64,000 nt of DNA from Vulcanimicrobiota bacterium (GTDB lineage Bacteria > Vulcanimicrobiota > Vulcanimicrobiia > Vulcanimicrobiales > Vulcanimicrobiaceae): the NCBI GenBank assembly GCA_963695225.1, contig OY968762.1, positions 2,880,001-2,944,000 on the forward strand, written 5' to 3'. Of this stretch, positions 28,626-38,554 are shown in pieces. A model generated the notes under the pieces. It saw nothing but the letters and a program-made list of their open reading frames with translations, did not search any database and was not told where the DNA came from. Within the stretch, counting starts at the first letter, position 1; every line of letters starts with the position of its first letter. The position numbers and the translations under genes were made by a program.

Positions 28626-29601
28626 CAGCAAGGCGGTTCGGGCGGCGACGACGGAGCAGGTCGTCGCGGAATTGCGGCGGCGCTCGTCGTTCGTGATGGT
28701 CAGCCACGTGAAGCCGGACGGCGATACGCTGGGCGCGGGGCTGGCGCTCGGGCTCGCGCTGCGCGGCATGGGCAAGCGGGTCGCGTACTTCCAGCAGGAT
28801 CCCGTGCCGCGCAATCTGCGCTTTCTGCCGGATGCGGAGCTCGTCGTACGGCAGCAGGCCCCGGACTTGCCGGCGGATACGCTGTGGGTCTTCTGCGACA
28901 TGAGCGACGCGTCGCGCGCGGGGGAATTCTTGCCGGCGATCGAGCGTGCGAACATGCTCGACATCGACCACCATTTGGGGAACTCGCATTTCGGGGAGCT
29001 CAACTACGTGCTCCCCGAAGAATGTTCGACCGGGACGTGCGTGCTGCGCCTGCTGCGCGCGATGGACGTGCCGATCACGCCCGCGATCGCGACGTGTCTC
29101 TTGACGACGATCATGACCGATACCGGCGGCTTCATCCATAGCAACACTACGGCCCACGTGCTGCGGGAAGCGGCGGATCTGATCGATCTCGGCGCCGACA
29201 AGGAACTGATCACGAACGAGATCTTCGCGAACAAGCGGCTTGCCGCGGTTCGGCTGGTCGGGGAAGCGATGTCGTCCGCGCGGCTCAGCGAGGACGGCCG
29301 CTATTGCTGGGCGGTCGTCGACGAAGCGATGCTCGCGCGCAACGATGCGGACGGCGAAGATACCGAAGAGATCGTGCAGCATCTGCGCTCGATCGAAGGC
29401 GTCGAGGCGGCCGCGTTGTTCAAGGCGTACGACGGGGACGTCCGCGTCAGCCTGCGCAGCAACGGCAAGATCAACGTGCAGGCCGCGGCGGTGCGGCTGG
29501 GCGGCGGCGGGCACTTCCGGGCCGCCGGATTGACGTACGAGGGTCCCGTCGCGGATGCGGTCGAAGCCGTCCGCGCCGCGCTGCATGCAGAGGGTTTGTG
29601 A
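28618..29601 (+). CDS. nrnA: DHH-family oligoribonuclease/pAp phosphatase
   Basis: 'SHVKPDGD', 'IDHH', 'TDTGGF', 'VSLRS', 'GGGGHFRAAG'. Confidence 0.92.
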   Translation: MIDSKAVRAATTEQVVAELRRRSSFVMVSHVKPDGDTLGAGLALGLALRGMGKRVAYFQQDPVPRNLRFLPDAELVVRQQAPDLPADTLWVFCDMSDASRAGEFLPAIERANMLDIDHHLGNSHFGELNYVLPEECSTGTCVLRLLRAMDVPITPAIATCLLTTIMTDTGGFIHSNTTAHVLREAADLIDLGADKELITNEIFANKRLAAVRLVGEAMSSARLSEDGRYCWAVVDEAMLARNDADGEDTEEIVQHLRSIEGVEAAALFKAYDGDVRVSLRSNGKINVQAAAVRLGGGGHFRAAGLTYEGPVADAVEAVRAALHAEGL

Positions 29602-29634
29602 GGGATTTTTGCGCCGGCCTCTTCGGGATGTAAC

Positions 29635-30498
29635 GTGCTCGGATTCGTCAACGTCTTCAAGCCGGCGGGGCCGACCTCGACTCAAGTAACCGCGCGCGTG
29701 CGCCGGCTCTATTCGGGCGGCGCGAAGGTTGCGGCGGGGCATCTCGGCACGCTCGATCCGATGGCCGCGGGCGTTCTGCCGGTCGCGCTGGGGAAAGCGA
29801 CGCGCTTGATTCCGCTGATCGCAGATACGCGCAAGTCGTACGCGTTCACGGTCGTCTTCGGACGTTCGACCACGACCGCCGACGCCACGGGCGAGACGCT
29901 CGCGCGCGCGCCGGTGCCGGAGGATCTCGGCGAGCGGCTGCGCGCGGCCTTGCCGCAATTCCTCGGGCCGATCGAGCAGATTCCGCCGATGTTCAGCGCG
30001 CTCCATCACGAAGGCCGCCGCCTGTACGAACTCGCTCGCGAGGGGGTGACGGTCGAGCGGAAGGCGCGCCCGATCACGATCTACGGCTTACGGATCATCG
30101 GCATCGAAGGGAACGTCGCGCGCATGGGCGTGGCGTGCAGCGAGGGAACGTACGTGCGCAGCCTCTGCGAGGATCTCGGGCGGGCCGTAGGATCGTGCGC
30201 GCACATGGGCGCGCTCCTGCGCGACGGCGCGGGGCCGTTCATCTTGGCCGAGAGCCGGACGCTCGATGAGATCGCGGAGGATCCCGAGGCCGCGCTGATC
30301 GCGCCCGAATCGATCATTCCGTTCCCGACGATCGTGCTCGACGTGCGGGGAGCGGCGGATTTTCGCGCCGGGCGCGTCGTTCCGCTTCCGACCGGCGCGA
30401 CCGGGAAGCACGTGTTCGTGCGCGACGCGTCGCGCACGCTGGTCGGCGTCGGGGAATCGGTCGGGGTGCTGCTCGCGCCGCGCAAGGTGTTCGTCTGA
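29635..30498 (+). CDS. truB: tRNA pseudouridine(55) synthase
   Basis: 'KPAGPTS', 'GHLGTLDPMAAGVL', 'QIPPMFSA', 'G.RLYELAR', 'CSEGTYVRSL'. Confidence 0.96.
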   Translation: MLGFVNVFKPAGPTSTQVTARVRRLYSGGAKVAAGHLGTLDPMAAGVLPVALGKATRLIPLIADTRKSYAFTVVFGRSTTTADATGETLARAPVPEDLGERLRAALPQFLGPIEQIPPMFSALHHEGRRLYELAREGVTVERKARPITIYGLRIIGIEGNVARMGVACSEGTYVRSLCEDLGRAVGSCAHMGALLRDGAGPFILAESRTLDEIAEDPEAALIAPESIIPFPTIVLDVRGAADFRAGRVVPLPTGATGKHVFVRDASRTLVGVGESVGVLLAPRKVFV

Positions 30499-30500
30499 CC

Positions 30501-31448
30501 GTGAAGATCCATCACGCGTTCGAACCGCGCCCCGCCGATGCGCGCCCGTTGGTGCTCGCGATCGGGTTCTTCGACGGTTTCCACTTGGGGCACCGGCAGA
30601 TTCTGCGCACGCTGCTCGAGCAGCGCCGCCCCGGGTATCGCGCGGCGGCGATCACGTTCCAGAATCATCCCGCGCGCTACTTGCGGCCGGGGAGCGAGCC
30701 GCCGCTCATCACGACGTGCGAGGAGCGCGTGAACCTGCTCGCTTCGAGCGGGATCGACGAGCTGTACCTGATCCCGTTCGACGCCTGCCTCGCGAAGGTG
30801 GACGCGCGCGCGTTCCTCGAGGAGACGATCGTCGGCAAACTTCGCGCGCGCGCGCTCGTGTTCGGCGAGAACTTTCGGTTCGGCGCGGGGCGCGCGGGCG
30901 ATCCGGCGCTCGCCCGCGAGGTGCTCGAGGCGCATGGCGTCGCGCTGCACGTCGTTCCGCCGTTCATGCGCGACGGCGACCGCGTCTCGAGCACGCGGGT
31001 TCGGGAAGCGCTCGTCGCGGGCGATCTCGCGACGGCGAACGTGTTGCTCGGCGAGCCGTACACCTTGAGCGGCCGGGTCGTGCTCGGCGAAGGGCGCGGC
31101 CACGACCTCGGCTTTCCGACGGCGAACCTCGCCGTGCCGCCCGGCAAGCTCGTCCCGAAGGACGGCGTCTACGCGATCGTGGCGCGCTACGACGGTCGCG
31201 ATTACAACGGGCTCGCTTCGATCGGCACGAAGCCCACGTTCGAGGGCGTGAACCGCACGATCGAAGCGTGGCTGCTCGATTTCCACCACACGATCTACGG
31301 GCACGAGCTCGTGCTGCGCGATTTCCGCTTCATCCGCGATCAGCGCAAGTTCTCGAGCGTCGACGAACTCGTCGCGCAAATGCACGCCGACGCCGCCCAC
31401 GCGCCGTTCCCCTCGTATAGCGGGACGACGACCCCGCCCGCGGTATGA
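30501..31448 (+). CDS. ribF: Bifunctional riboflavin kinase/FAD synthetase
   Basis: 'IGFFDGFHLGH', 'GENFRFG', 'VSSTRVR', 'GRGHDLGFPTAN', 'IEAWLLDF', 'IRDQRKF'. Confidence 0.96.
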   Translation: MKIHHAFEPRPADARPLVLAIGFFDGFHLGHRQILRTLLEQRRPGYRAAAITFQNHPARYLRPGSEPPLITTCEERVNLLASSGIDELYLIPFDACLAKVDARAFLEETIVGKLRARALVFGENFRFGAGRAGDPALAREVLEAHGVALHVVPPFMRDGDRVSSTRVREALVAGDLATANVLLGEPYTLSGRVVLGEGRGHDLGFPTANLAVPPGKLVPKDGVYAIVARYDGRDYNGLASIGTKPTFEGVNRTIEAWLLDFHHTIYGHELVLRDFRFIRDQRKFSSVDELVAQMHADAAHAPFPSYSGTTTPPAV

Positions 31449-31996
31449 GCGCGAGATTTCGCGCGCTCGCCCTGCGCGTGCTTGGTGCGTCGCGGGATGC
31501 TGCAACGCTCGCGAGGCACGTCGCGGCCTTCGGTATACTTTGCGCGATCGCCGCGGGGGCGCAGCCGGCTTCGGCGGCGTTGCGCCCCGGCGAAGCCGCG
31601 CCCGATTTCACGTTGCCGCGGCTCGCGGGGGGGGCGCTCTCGCTCGCGCAGTATCGCGGGGCGCCGGTGTACTTGAACTTCCTCGCCTCGTGGTGCCCGC
31701 CGTGCAACGACGAAGCGGGTTCCGTCGTCTCGCTCTATCGGAAGTATCACGCGAAGGGCCTCGTGACGATCGGCGTCGACGAGCAAGAAGCGCCTGCTCG
31801 CGGGCTCTCGTTCGTGCGGGCGCACGGCGTTCCGTTCCCCGTCGTCCTCGACGCCGACGGCGCGATGGGCCGCAGCTACGGCCAGATCTCGCTCCCGCTC
31901 CACGTCTTCATCGCGAGATCCGGAAAAGTCAGCCTATGGCGTCTCGGCGAGATGACGCCCGCCGAAATCGAAACGGCGATCCGCGCGATCCTGTAG
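31445..31996 (+). CDS. TlpA/ResA-like thiol-disulfide reductase
   Basis: 'APDFTL', 'LNFLASWCPPCNDE'; signal-like N-terminus. Confidence 0.88.
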   Translation: MSARFRALALRVLGASRDAATLARHVAAFGILCAIAAGAQPASAALRPGEAAPDFTLPRLAGGALSLAQYRGAPVYLNFLASWCPPCNDEAGSVVSLYRKYHAKGLVTIGVDEQEAPARGLSFVRAHGVPFPVVLDADGAMGRSYGQISLPLHVFIARSGKVSLWRLGEMTPAEIETAIRAIL

Positions 31997-32023
31997 CGGT
32001 AAAGCCGCGCGCGAACTTGGCCG

Positions 32024-32497
32024 ATGCTCTACCTGGGGCAGCCTTTGTCGGGAGACACGTGGATGCAATCGGGGAAGAGCCGGCCGTACCTGCTCGAAGG
32101 GTTCGCGGCGCGACAGGTCGCGCGGCGCCGGATCCCGCCGTGGCTGGCGCTTGCGATGCCGTTCGTCTTCCTCGCCTTCTCGTTCGGCGTCGCGTTCGTA
32201 GTATTTCGCGCTGCGTGGCACATTCACGATGCGTACCACGCGGGTTTCCAGGACGTCGCTCCGTTGGTCTTCGCTGCGTCTTTTCTCGCAGGCGTGCCGC
32301 TGGGCGGGATGTTCCTCGGGAATCTCTTCCTGTGGCTCATTCCGCCGGTCCGCAGAGTCCTCGATGCGAACGCGGAAGGCGTCAAGGGTCTGTCGTTTTG
32401 CGCGGGGATGAAAGCGGCGCAGCAAGCGACCCTCTTCATTTCGCTCCCCGCGATCGTCACGGCGTTCCTCCTCGCGTACGCTCCCTGGGAACGCTAA
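32024..32497 (+). CDS. Hypothetical membrane protein (about 3 TM)
   Basis: Hydrophobic ORF filling the intergenic space; start uncertain. Confidence 0.6.
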   Translation: MLYLGQPLSGDTWMQSGKSRPYLLEGFAARQVARRRIPPWLALAMPFVFLAFSFGVAFVVFRAAWHIHDAYHAGFQDVAPLVFAASFLAGVPLGGMFLGNLFLWLIPPVRRVLDANAEGVKGLSFCAGMKAAQQATLFISLPAIVTAFLLAYAPWER

Positions 32498-32506
32498 CGG
32501 CCGAGG

Positions 32507-34468
32507 CTACGCCGCGACGAACTCGATTCGGTCGTTGCGGTATTCGACGCGGGTGGAGGTGCCGTCGGGGACTTCGCCGCGCAGGAGCGCGGCGGAAAGC
32601 GGCGTCGTGACGTAGCGCGAGATGGTCCGGCCGACGAAGCGCGCGCCGCTCCCGGCTGCGATGCTCTCCTGCGCTAGGAACGATCGGGCTTCCCCGCTCA
32701 GCGTGACGGCGATGCGGCGGTCGCGCAAGCGCTTCGCGACGTCGGCCATCTGCAGATCGACGATCGCTTCGATCTCGGCTTCGCCGAGCGAGGCGAACAA
32801 GACCACGTCGTCGATGCGGTTGAGCAACTCGGCGCGGAGCATCAGCGTGAGATCCTCCTTCGCGAGGTTGCTCGTCATGATGACGATCGCGTGGCGGAAA
32901 TCGATCGCGCGACCCTTCGCGTCCGTGACGCGGCCGTCGTCGAGGATCTGCAGCAAGATCGCGGTCACGTCGCCGTGCGCCTTCTCGAGCTCGTCGAAGA
33001 GGACGACGCAATACGGCCGCCGGCGGACGGGCTCCGTGAGTTGCCCCGGCTCGTCGTGCCCGGCGTATCCGGGCGGTGCGCCGAGCAGGCGCGAGACCGT
33101 GTGCGACTCGGTGTATTCCGAGAGATCGATGCGCACGAGCGCATCGTCGGTGCCGAACAGTTCGGCGGCGAGGGCCTTCGCGAGCTCCGTCTTGCCGACG
33201 CCGCTCGGTCCGACGAACAGGAAGCCGCCGAGCGGGCGCCGCGGATCTTTGAGGCCGGCGCGGCCGCGCCGGATCGCCTCGGAGACGATGCGGATCGCTT
33301 CGCTCTGCCCCACCACGCGCTTCGCGAGCGCCTTCTCGAGATCGAGCATCGTTTGCGCCTGCTCGCCGGTGACGGTCCCTTGCGGGATCCCCGTCCACTT
33401 CGAAACGACGTTCGAGATGTCGCCGGTGCTGACGGCCGTCGCGCCGCGCAACGCGGCCGAGGCCGCGGCTTCGTCGATCAGGTCGATCGCCTTATCCGGC
33501 AGGAACCGGTCGGCGATGTAACGCGCCGAGAGCGCAGCGGCCTGCTCGAGCGCTTCGTCCGAGATCGTCACCCCGTGATGCGCTTCGTACTTGCCGCGCA
33601 AGCCGCGCAGGATCAGCGCCGTTTGCTCGATCGTCGGCTCGTCGATCATCACGGGCTGGAAGCGCCGTTCGAGCGCCGCATCCGCTTCGATGTACTTGCG
33701 GTACTCGTCGAACGTCGTCGCGCCGATGCATTGCAGTTCGCCGCGGGCGAGTTCCGGCTTGATCATCGAGGAGAGATCGAGCGAGCCTTCGGCAGCGCCC
33801 GCGCCGACGAGCGTGTGCAATTCGTCGATGAAGAGGATGATGTCGCGCGCGCTGCGCTTGATCTCGTCGAGGATGCGCTTCACGCGGCCCTCGAACTCGC
33901 CGCGATACTTCGTCCCGGCGACGAGCGGGCCGAGCGAGAGCGAGAGCACGCGCTTGTCCTGCAAGACCTTGGGGACGTCGTTGCGCGCGATGCGCTGCGC
34001 CAAGCCCTCGACGACGGCCGTCTTCCCGACGCCCGGTTCGCCGACGAGGACGGGATTGTTCTTGCTGCGCCGCGCCAAAATCGCGATCACGCGCTCGACC
34101 TCGTCCTCGCGCCCGATCACCGGGTCCAACTCGCCCGCCTTCGCCGCCGCCGTGAGGTCCCGCGAGAACGCCTCGAGCGTCGGGGTCGCCGTCGGGCGCA
34201 AGCGCTTGGCCCACTCCTTGGGGCTCGTCGCGGGCGGGGCCTCCGCGGGAGATCCGCCGCGATTCATCCGGTCGGTCGCGATCATGGCGCCCGCGAGCAT
34301 CGCGAGCCCGGAGAGGGCTCCGAGCATCGGAATCAGCACGGGGGCGCGGCGCGCGCGCAGGCATTCGCGGCAGACGTCGGCTGCAACCCAGGCGCCGTCG
34401 CGCAGGGCGAAGTCGCGAACGACTCCGGGGCGGTTGCCGCAGACGGCACAAGATGGCGTAGGGATCAT
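32507..34468 (-). CDS. Clp/Hsp100 double-AAA+ ATPase (ClpE/ClpC-like, atypical)
   Basis: 'LDPVIGR', '[18 protein letters not shown]', 'LFIDELH', 'DAALERRFQ', '[15 protein letters not shown]', 'GPSGVGKTE', 'GAPPGYAG', 'LFDELEKAH'; N-terminal CxxC...CxxC. Confidence 0.93.
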   Translation of the reverse strand: MIPTPSCAVCGNRPGVVRDFALRDGAWVAADVCRECLRARRAPVLIPMLGALSGLAMLAGAMIATDRMNRGGSPAEAPPATSPKEWAKRLRPTATPTLEAFSRDLTAAAKAGELDPVIGREDEVERVIAILARRSKNNPVLVGEPGVGKTAVVEGLAQRIARNDVPKVLQDKRVLSLSLGPLVAGTKYRGEFEGRVKRILDEIKRSARDIILFIDELHTLVGAGAAEGSLDLSSMIKPELARGELQCIGATTFDEYRKYIEADAALERRFQPVMIDEPTIEQTALILRGLRGKYEAHHGVTISDEALEQAAALSARYIADRFLPDKAIDLIDEAAASAALRGATAVSTGDISNVVSKWTGIPQGTVTGEQAQTMLDLEKALAKRVVGQSEAIRIVSEAIRRGRAGLKDPRRPLGGFLFVGPSGVGKTELAKALAAELFGTDDALVRIDLSEYTESHTVSRLLGAPPGYAGHDEPGQLTEPVRRRPYCVVLFDELEKAHGDVTAILLQILDDGRVTDAKGRAIDFRHAIVIMTSNLAKEDLTLMLRAELLNRIDDVVLFASLGEAEIEAIVDLQMADVAKRLRDRRIAVTLSGEARSFLAQESIAAGSGARFVGRTISRYVTTPLSAALLRGEVPDGTSTRVEYRNDRIEFVAA

Positions 34469-34679
34469 GTCAGCCTCGAATACCTGGTGCGAGGGCGGAG
34501 AGTTTCGGCACCGCCCCGCGCTCGGTAGGTACGCTATATAGAGATGGAGTAAATCGAGCGACCGTCCTGCCCGTCTCCGTCAGGGCCGGTCTGCAGGCGG
34601 CATTCTTGGCGCAGTGCGCGCTCTCCGTGTGGGCGGCGCCGACACAGGAGCCCTCCGAGAAAGGTTCGTAACCACAGCC

Positions 34680-34931
34680 ATGGCTTATGTAATCACCGAA
34701 CCGTGCATCGGAACGAAGGACAAGTCGTGCGTCGACGTCTGTCCGGTCGACTGCATTCACGGCAAAGACGAAGACAAGCAGCTATTCATCGACCCGGAGG
34801 TTTGCATCGATTGCGGCGCGTGCGTATCGGCATGCCCGGTCGAAGCGATCTATGCCGACGCCGACGTGCCGGAGAAGTGGAAGAACTATATCCAGTCCAA
34901 CGCGGAGTACTATAAGAGCGGCGTCCGCTAG
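34680..34931 (+). CDS. Dicluster (7Fe-type) ferredoxin
   Basis: 'MAYVITEPCIGTKDKSCVDVCPVDCI...IDPEVCIDCGACVSACPVEAI'. Confidence 0.95.
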   Translation: MAYVITEPCIGTKDKSCVDVCPVDCIHGKDEDKQLFIDPEVCIDCGACVSACPVEAIYADADVPEKWKNYIQSNAEYYKSGVR

Positions 34932-34994
34932 CGACGGCCCTCCGGCGCGATCCCGGCCCGGCCGGGCGCTCTGCAGTAGACTGAAAGAATCCCC

Positions 34995-35693
34995 ATGCCG
35001 CTAGCCGGCATGGGGATTTCTGCCAGATCGACGGCGCGCGAGCTCATGGACGATCCGGTCCCCGACCTGGCCGAGCTCGAAGCGAACCTCCGCGACATCG
35101 AACGGACGAACCGCTGGTTCGGGGGCCTCGCCGCGGTGCGGGCCGAGGTCTTCGCGCTGCAACCGCGCACGTTGCTCGACGTCGGGTGCGGGAGCGGGGA
35201 CATCGCGCTCGCGCTCGCCCGCGCGTTTCGCGCGCGAGGGCGAGCGCTGGACGTGACTTGCCTCGACCGTAGCGCGCAGATGCTCGCGATCGCGCGCGCC
35301 CGAGCGGAGGGCGAGCCTTCCCTGACGTTCGTGCAGGGCGACGGAGAAGAACTCCCGTTTCGCGAGCGTGCGTTCGACGTCGTCAGCTGCAATCTCGCGC
35401 TGCACCATTTCGACCCGCCCGCCGCCGTACGGCTCCTGCGCGAATTGCGCCGCGTCGCCAAGCGCACGCCCGTCGTCTGCGATCTGCGCCGCTCGCGCGC
35501 GGCGTACTGGGGCGCGCTCGCGTACGTCCGGCTCGCCTCGCGCAACCGGCTGACGCGGCACGACGCGCCGCTCTCGGTGCTGCGCGCCTACACGCCGGCC
35601 GAGGCGCTCGAGCTGGCGCGCGAGGCGGGTTGGCGGCGTCCAACGGTTCGGCATGCTCGATACTTCCGGATGATCCTCGTCGATGAAGAATGA
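34995..35693 (+). CDS. SAM-dependent methyltransferase
   Basis: 'ELMDDP', 'NRWFGG', 'LLDVGCGSGD', 'FDVVSCNLALHHF', 'RHDAPLSVLRAYT'; resembles methyltransferases found beside type III PKS genes. Confidence 0.88.
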   Translation: MPLAGMGISARSTARELMDDPVPDLAELEANLRDIERTNRWFGGLAAVRAEVFALQPRTLLDVGCGSGDIALALARAFRARGRALDVTCLDRSAQMLAIARARAEGEPSLTFVQGDGEELPFRERAFDVVSCNLALHHFDPPAAVRLLRELRRVAKRTPVVCDLRRSRAAYWGALAYVRLASRNRLTRHDAPLSVLRAYTPAEALELAREAGWRRPTVRHARYFRMILVDEE

Positions 35694-36861
35694 CGTCGTC
35701 GTCGCCGGCGGCGGCCCGGCGGGATCGGTCTGCGCGCGCGAACTCGCCCTGCGCGGCTTCGCGGTGACGCTCGTCGAGCGCTCGGCGTTCCCCCGCCGCA
35801 AGGTCTGCGGCGAGTACCTCAACGCCGGCGCCGTGCGCACGCTCGACGAACTCGGCCTCGGCGAGGCCGTGCGCGCCGCGGCTTCGCCGCTGCGCGGGGT
35901 CCGGCTCGTCCCGCCGGGGGCGCCGGGCATAGAGTTGCCGTTCCCCGGGACGTCGCTCGCGCTCGCGCGGGCGACGCTGGATGCGCTGTTGCTCGATGCC
36001 GCCCGGGCGAGCGGCGTCGCGGTGCTGCGTGCGAACGTGGAAGACGTGCTGCGCGACGGGGATCGCGCGGCGGGCTTCGCCGTGCGAGAAGAAGACGGCG
36101 GCCGGCGGGAGCTGCGCGCGCGCTTCGTCGTCGGCGCCGACGGGAGCGGTTCGCTCGTTGCCCGGAAGCTCGGCCTCGCGAAACCGTCGCGCGGGACTCG
36201 CCGGTTCGCGGTCGGGGGGCATTATCGCGGGTTCGGAACCCTCGGTGGGTACGTAGAGATGTATGTGGGGGCCGGAGCGTACTTTGCGATCAATCCGCTC
36301 GATGCCGGGCTTGCGAACGTGATGGTCGTCGTCCCGGATCGCCTGCTCGCCGGATGGTCCGCGGATATCGACGACGGCGTGCGGGGCCGCGCGGCCGAAC
36401 TCGGGCGCGGCGTGCGTTCGTTCGCGGGGACGGAACGAGTCGGCCCGCGCGCTTCGATCGGGCCGCTCGCGTTCGACGTCGCCTCCGCCGCGGCGCCCGG
36501 CGCGCTGCTCGCCGGGGATGCTTCCGGTTTCCTAAACCCGTTCACGGGGCAGGGCGTGTTCCTCGCGTTGCGCACCGCGCGCGACGCGGCCGAAACGCTC
36601 GCGAGCGCGTTCGCGGATTCGCGGCACGAGGCGCGCGCGTTCGCGATGTACGCGGCGCTGCGCGCGAGCGACCTGCGCGCGCGCAAGCGCCTCTGCGCGG
36701 TGACGAATCTGCTGATCGACGTGCCGCTGTTCGCGCGGCGCGCAGCCGCGCGGCTGGCCCGGTTTCCGGAACTCGGCGAGGCGCTCCTCGGAAGCCTCTC
36801 GGGCGCCGCCGCGCCGGAACGAGCGCTCTCGCCCGGCGCGTTTGCCCGGCTGATCGTATGA
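35683..36861 (+). CDS. FAD-dependent oxidoreductase (geranylgeranyl reductase/monooxygenase-like)
   Basis: 'VVVAGGGPAG', 'FPRRKVCGE', 'VVGADG', 'LAGDASGFLNPFTGQG'. Confidence 0.88.
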   Translation: MKNDVVVAGGGPAGSVCARELALRGFAVTLVERSAFPRRKVCGEYLNAGAVRTLDELGLGEAVRAAASPLRGVRLVPPGAPGIELPFPGTSLALARATLDALLLDAARASGVAVLRANVEDVLRDGDRAAGFAVREEDGGRRELRARFVVGADGSGSLVARKLGLAKPSRGTRRFAVGGHYRGFGTLGGYVEMYVGAGAYFAINPLDAGLANVMVVVPDRLLAGWSADIDDGVRGRAAELGRGVRSFAGTERVGPRASIGPLAFDVASAAAPGALLAGDASGFLNPFTGQGVFLALRTARDAAETLASAFADSRHEARAFAMYAALRASDLRARKRLCAVTNLLIDVPLFARRAAARLARFPELGEALLGSLSGAAAPERALSPGAFARLIV

Positions 36862-37307
36862 CCCACACCGAGAACTCGATCGAGATCGCCGCCCCCGCCG
36901 CGACGATCTACAACTTCGCCGCGGCGACCGAGCGCTGGCCGATGTATCTGCCGCACTATCGCTACGTGCACGTCCTCGAGCAGCACGGCAACATGCGCGT
37001 CGTGGAGATGGGTGCTTGGCGCAGCGGTATTCCCATTTCATGGGTCGCGGAGCAGACGAACGATCCCATCCTCCCCGCGATCGCGTTCCGGCACATCCGC
37101 GGTTGGACGCGCGGCATGGAGGTCGTTTGGCGCTTCGAACCTCAGCCCGGAGGCGGCACTCGCGTGACGATCCTGCACGACCTCGCGTTCCAGTTCCCGA
37201 TCGCGGCGAATTTCTTCGGCGAGCACGTCGTCGGCGATTTCTTCGTAGCGAACGTCGCCGCCAAGACGCTCGCGCGCATGAAGACGCTCGCGGAGGGCGC
37301 CGTATGA
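36858..37307 (+). CDS. SRPBCC/START-fold polyketide cyclase/aromatase-like protein
   Basis: 'MTHTENSIEIAAP..TIY..A...ERWP..LPHY', 'FRHIRGWTRGMEVVWRF', 'TRVTILH', 'TLARMK'. Confidence 0.82.
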   Translation: MTHTENSIEIAAPAATIYNFAAATERWPMYLPHYRYVHVLEQHGNMRVVEMGAWRSGIPISWVAEQTNDPILPAIAFRHIRGWTRGMEVVWRFEPQPGGGTRVTILHDLAFQFPIAANFFGEHVVGDFFVANVAAKTLARMKTLAEGAV

Positions 37308-38554
37308 GGCGGATGCGCGAGGAGTATCGCGTTGCGGTGACCGGGATCGGCGCGATCACGCCGATCGGGACGGGCGTCGATGCGTTCTGGGAAGCGACGC
37401 TCGGGCGCAAGGTCGGCGTCGCGCCGATCACGCGTTTCGACGCTTCGAAGTTTCGCACGCGCGTCGCCGCCGAGATTCACGATTTCGACGCGTCGAAATA
37501 CATGGAAGGGAAGCGCCTGCGCTGGACGGAGCGGTTCGCGCAGTTCTCGATCGCCTCCGCGCGCCTCGCGCTGGAGGACGCCGCGTTCGAGATCGGGGAT
37601 TCGGGCGACGATATCGGCGTCTACATCGGCACGGCGCTCGGCGGGCTCGGGTTCGCCGAAGAGCAGCACGTGAACTATCTCGCCAAGGGGCTCGCCGGAG
37701 TCCGCCCGCTGCTCGCGATCTCCGTGTTCGGCGGAGCTTCGACGTGCAACGTCGCGCTCGAATGCGGCATCCGCGGGCCGAACGTCGCGAACGGGAACTC
37801 GTGCGCTTCCGGAACGGTCGCGATCGGGGATGCGTTTCGGGCGGTCGCGCGCGGCGACGTCCGCGCGGCGCTCGCCGGCGGCGTCGAAGCGCCGCTCTCG
37901 CCGCTCGTCTTCGGCGCGTTCGCGCTGATCCACGCGATGACGACGCGCAACGGCGATCCGCGCGGCGCGAGCCGCCCGTTCGATCGGGATCGCGACGGCT
38001 TCGTGATGGCCGAGGGCGCCGGCATGCTCGTACTCGAGCGTTTGGAAGACGCGCTCGCTCGCGACGCACGCGTCTACGGGGAGATCGTCGGCTTCGGCCT
38101 GACCTGCGACGCGCACCACATGACCGCGCCGCTGCCGGACGGCACCTCGGCGATGCGCGCGATGCAGGCGGCGCTGCACGAGGCGCGCCTCGCGCCGGGC
38201 GAGATCGAGCTGATCAACGCGCACGCCTCCTCGTCACCGCTGAACGACGTGACGGAGACGCACGCGATCAAGCGAGCGTTCGACGGGGCAGCCGAGCGCA
38301 TTCCCATCACGGCGACGAAGGGGCAGCACGCGCACGCGCTCGGCGCGACCGGCGCTTGGGAGGCCGCTCTCGCCCTGCTGGCGATCGACCGGGGCGAGGT
38401 CCCGGGGATCGTGAACTTGGAACACGCGGACCCTTTGTGCGATCTGCACTATCTGAGGGAGGCGCGCGCCCTGCGGCCGAGGACGGTTCTTTCGAACTCG
38501 TTCGGCTTCGGAGGGATCAACGCGTCGCTGGTGTTCAAACGTGCGGATGCTTGA
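37304..38554 (+). CDS. Beta-ketoacyl-ACP synthase (FabF/KS-alpha-like)
   Basis: 'RVAVTGIGAITPIG', catalytic Cys in 'NSCASG', 'ASRPFDRDRDGFVMAEGAG', His in 'INAHASS' and 'QHAHALGA', 'SNSFGFGGIN'. Confidence 0.93.
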   Translation: MRRMREEYRVAVTGIGAITPIGTGVDAFWEATLGRKVGVAPITRFDASKFRTRVAAEIHDFDASKYMEGKRLRWTERFAQFSIASARLALEDAAFEIGDSGDDIGVYIGTALGGLGFAEEQHVNYLAKGLAGVRPLLAISVFGGASTCNVALECGIRGPNVANGNSCASGTVAIGDAFRAVARGDVRAALAGGVEAPLSPLVFGAFALIHAMTTRNGDPRGASRPFDRDRDGFVMAEGAGMLVLERLEDALARDARVYGEIVGFGLTCDAHHMTAPLPDGTSAMRAMQAALHEARLAPGEIELINAHASSSPLNDVTETHAIKRAFDGAAERIPITATKGQHAHALGATGAWEAALALLAIDRGEVPGIVNLEHADPLCDLHYLREARALRPRTVLSNSFGFGGINASLVFKRADA

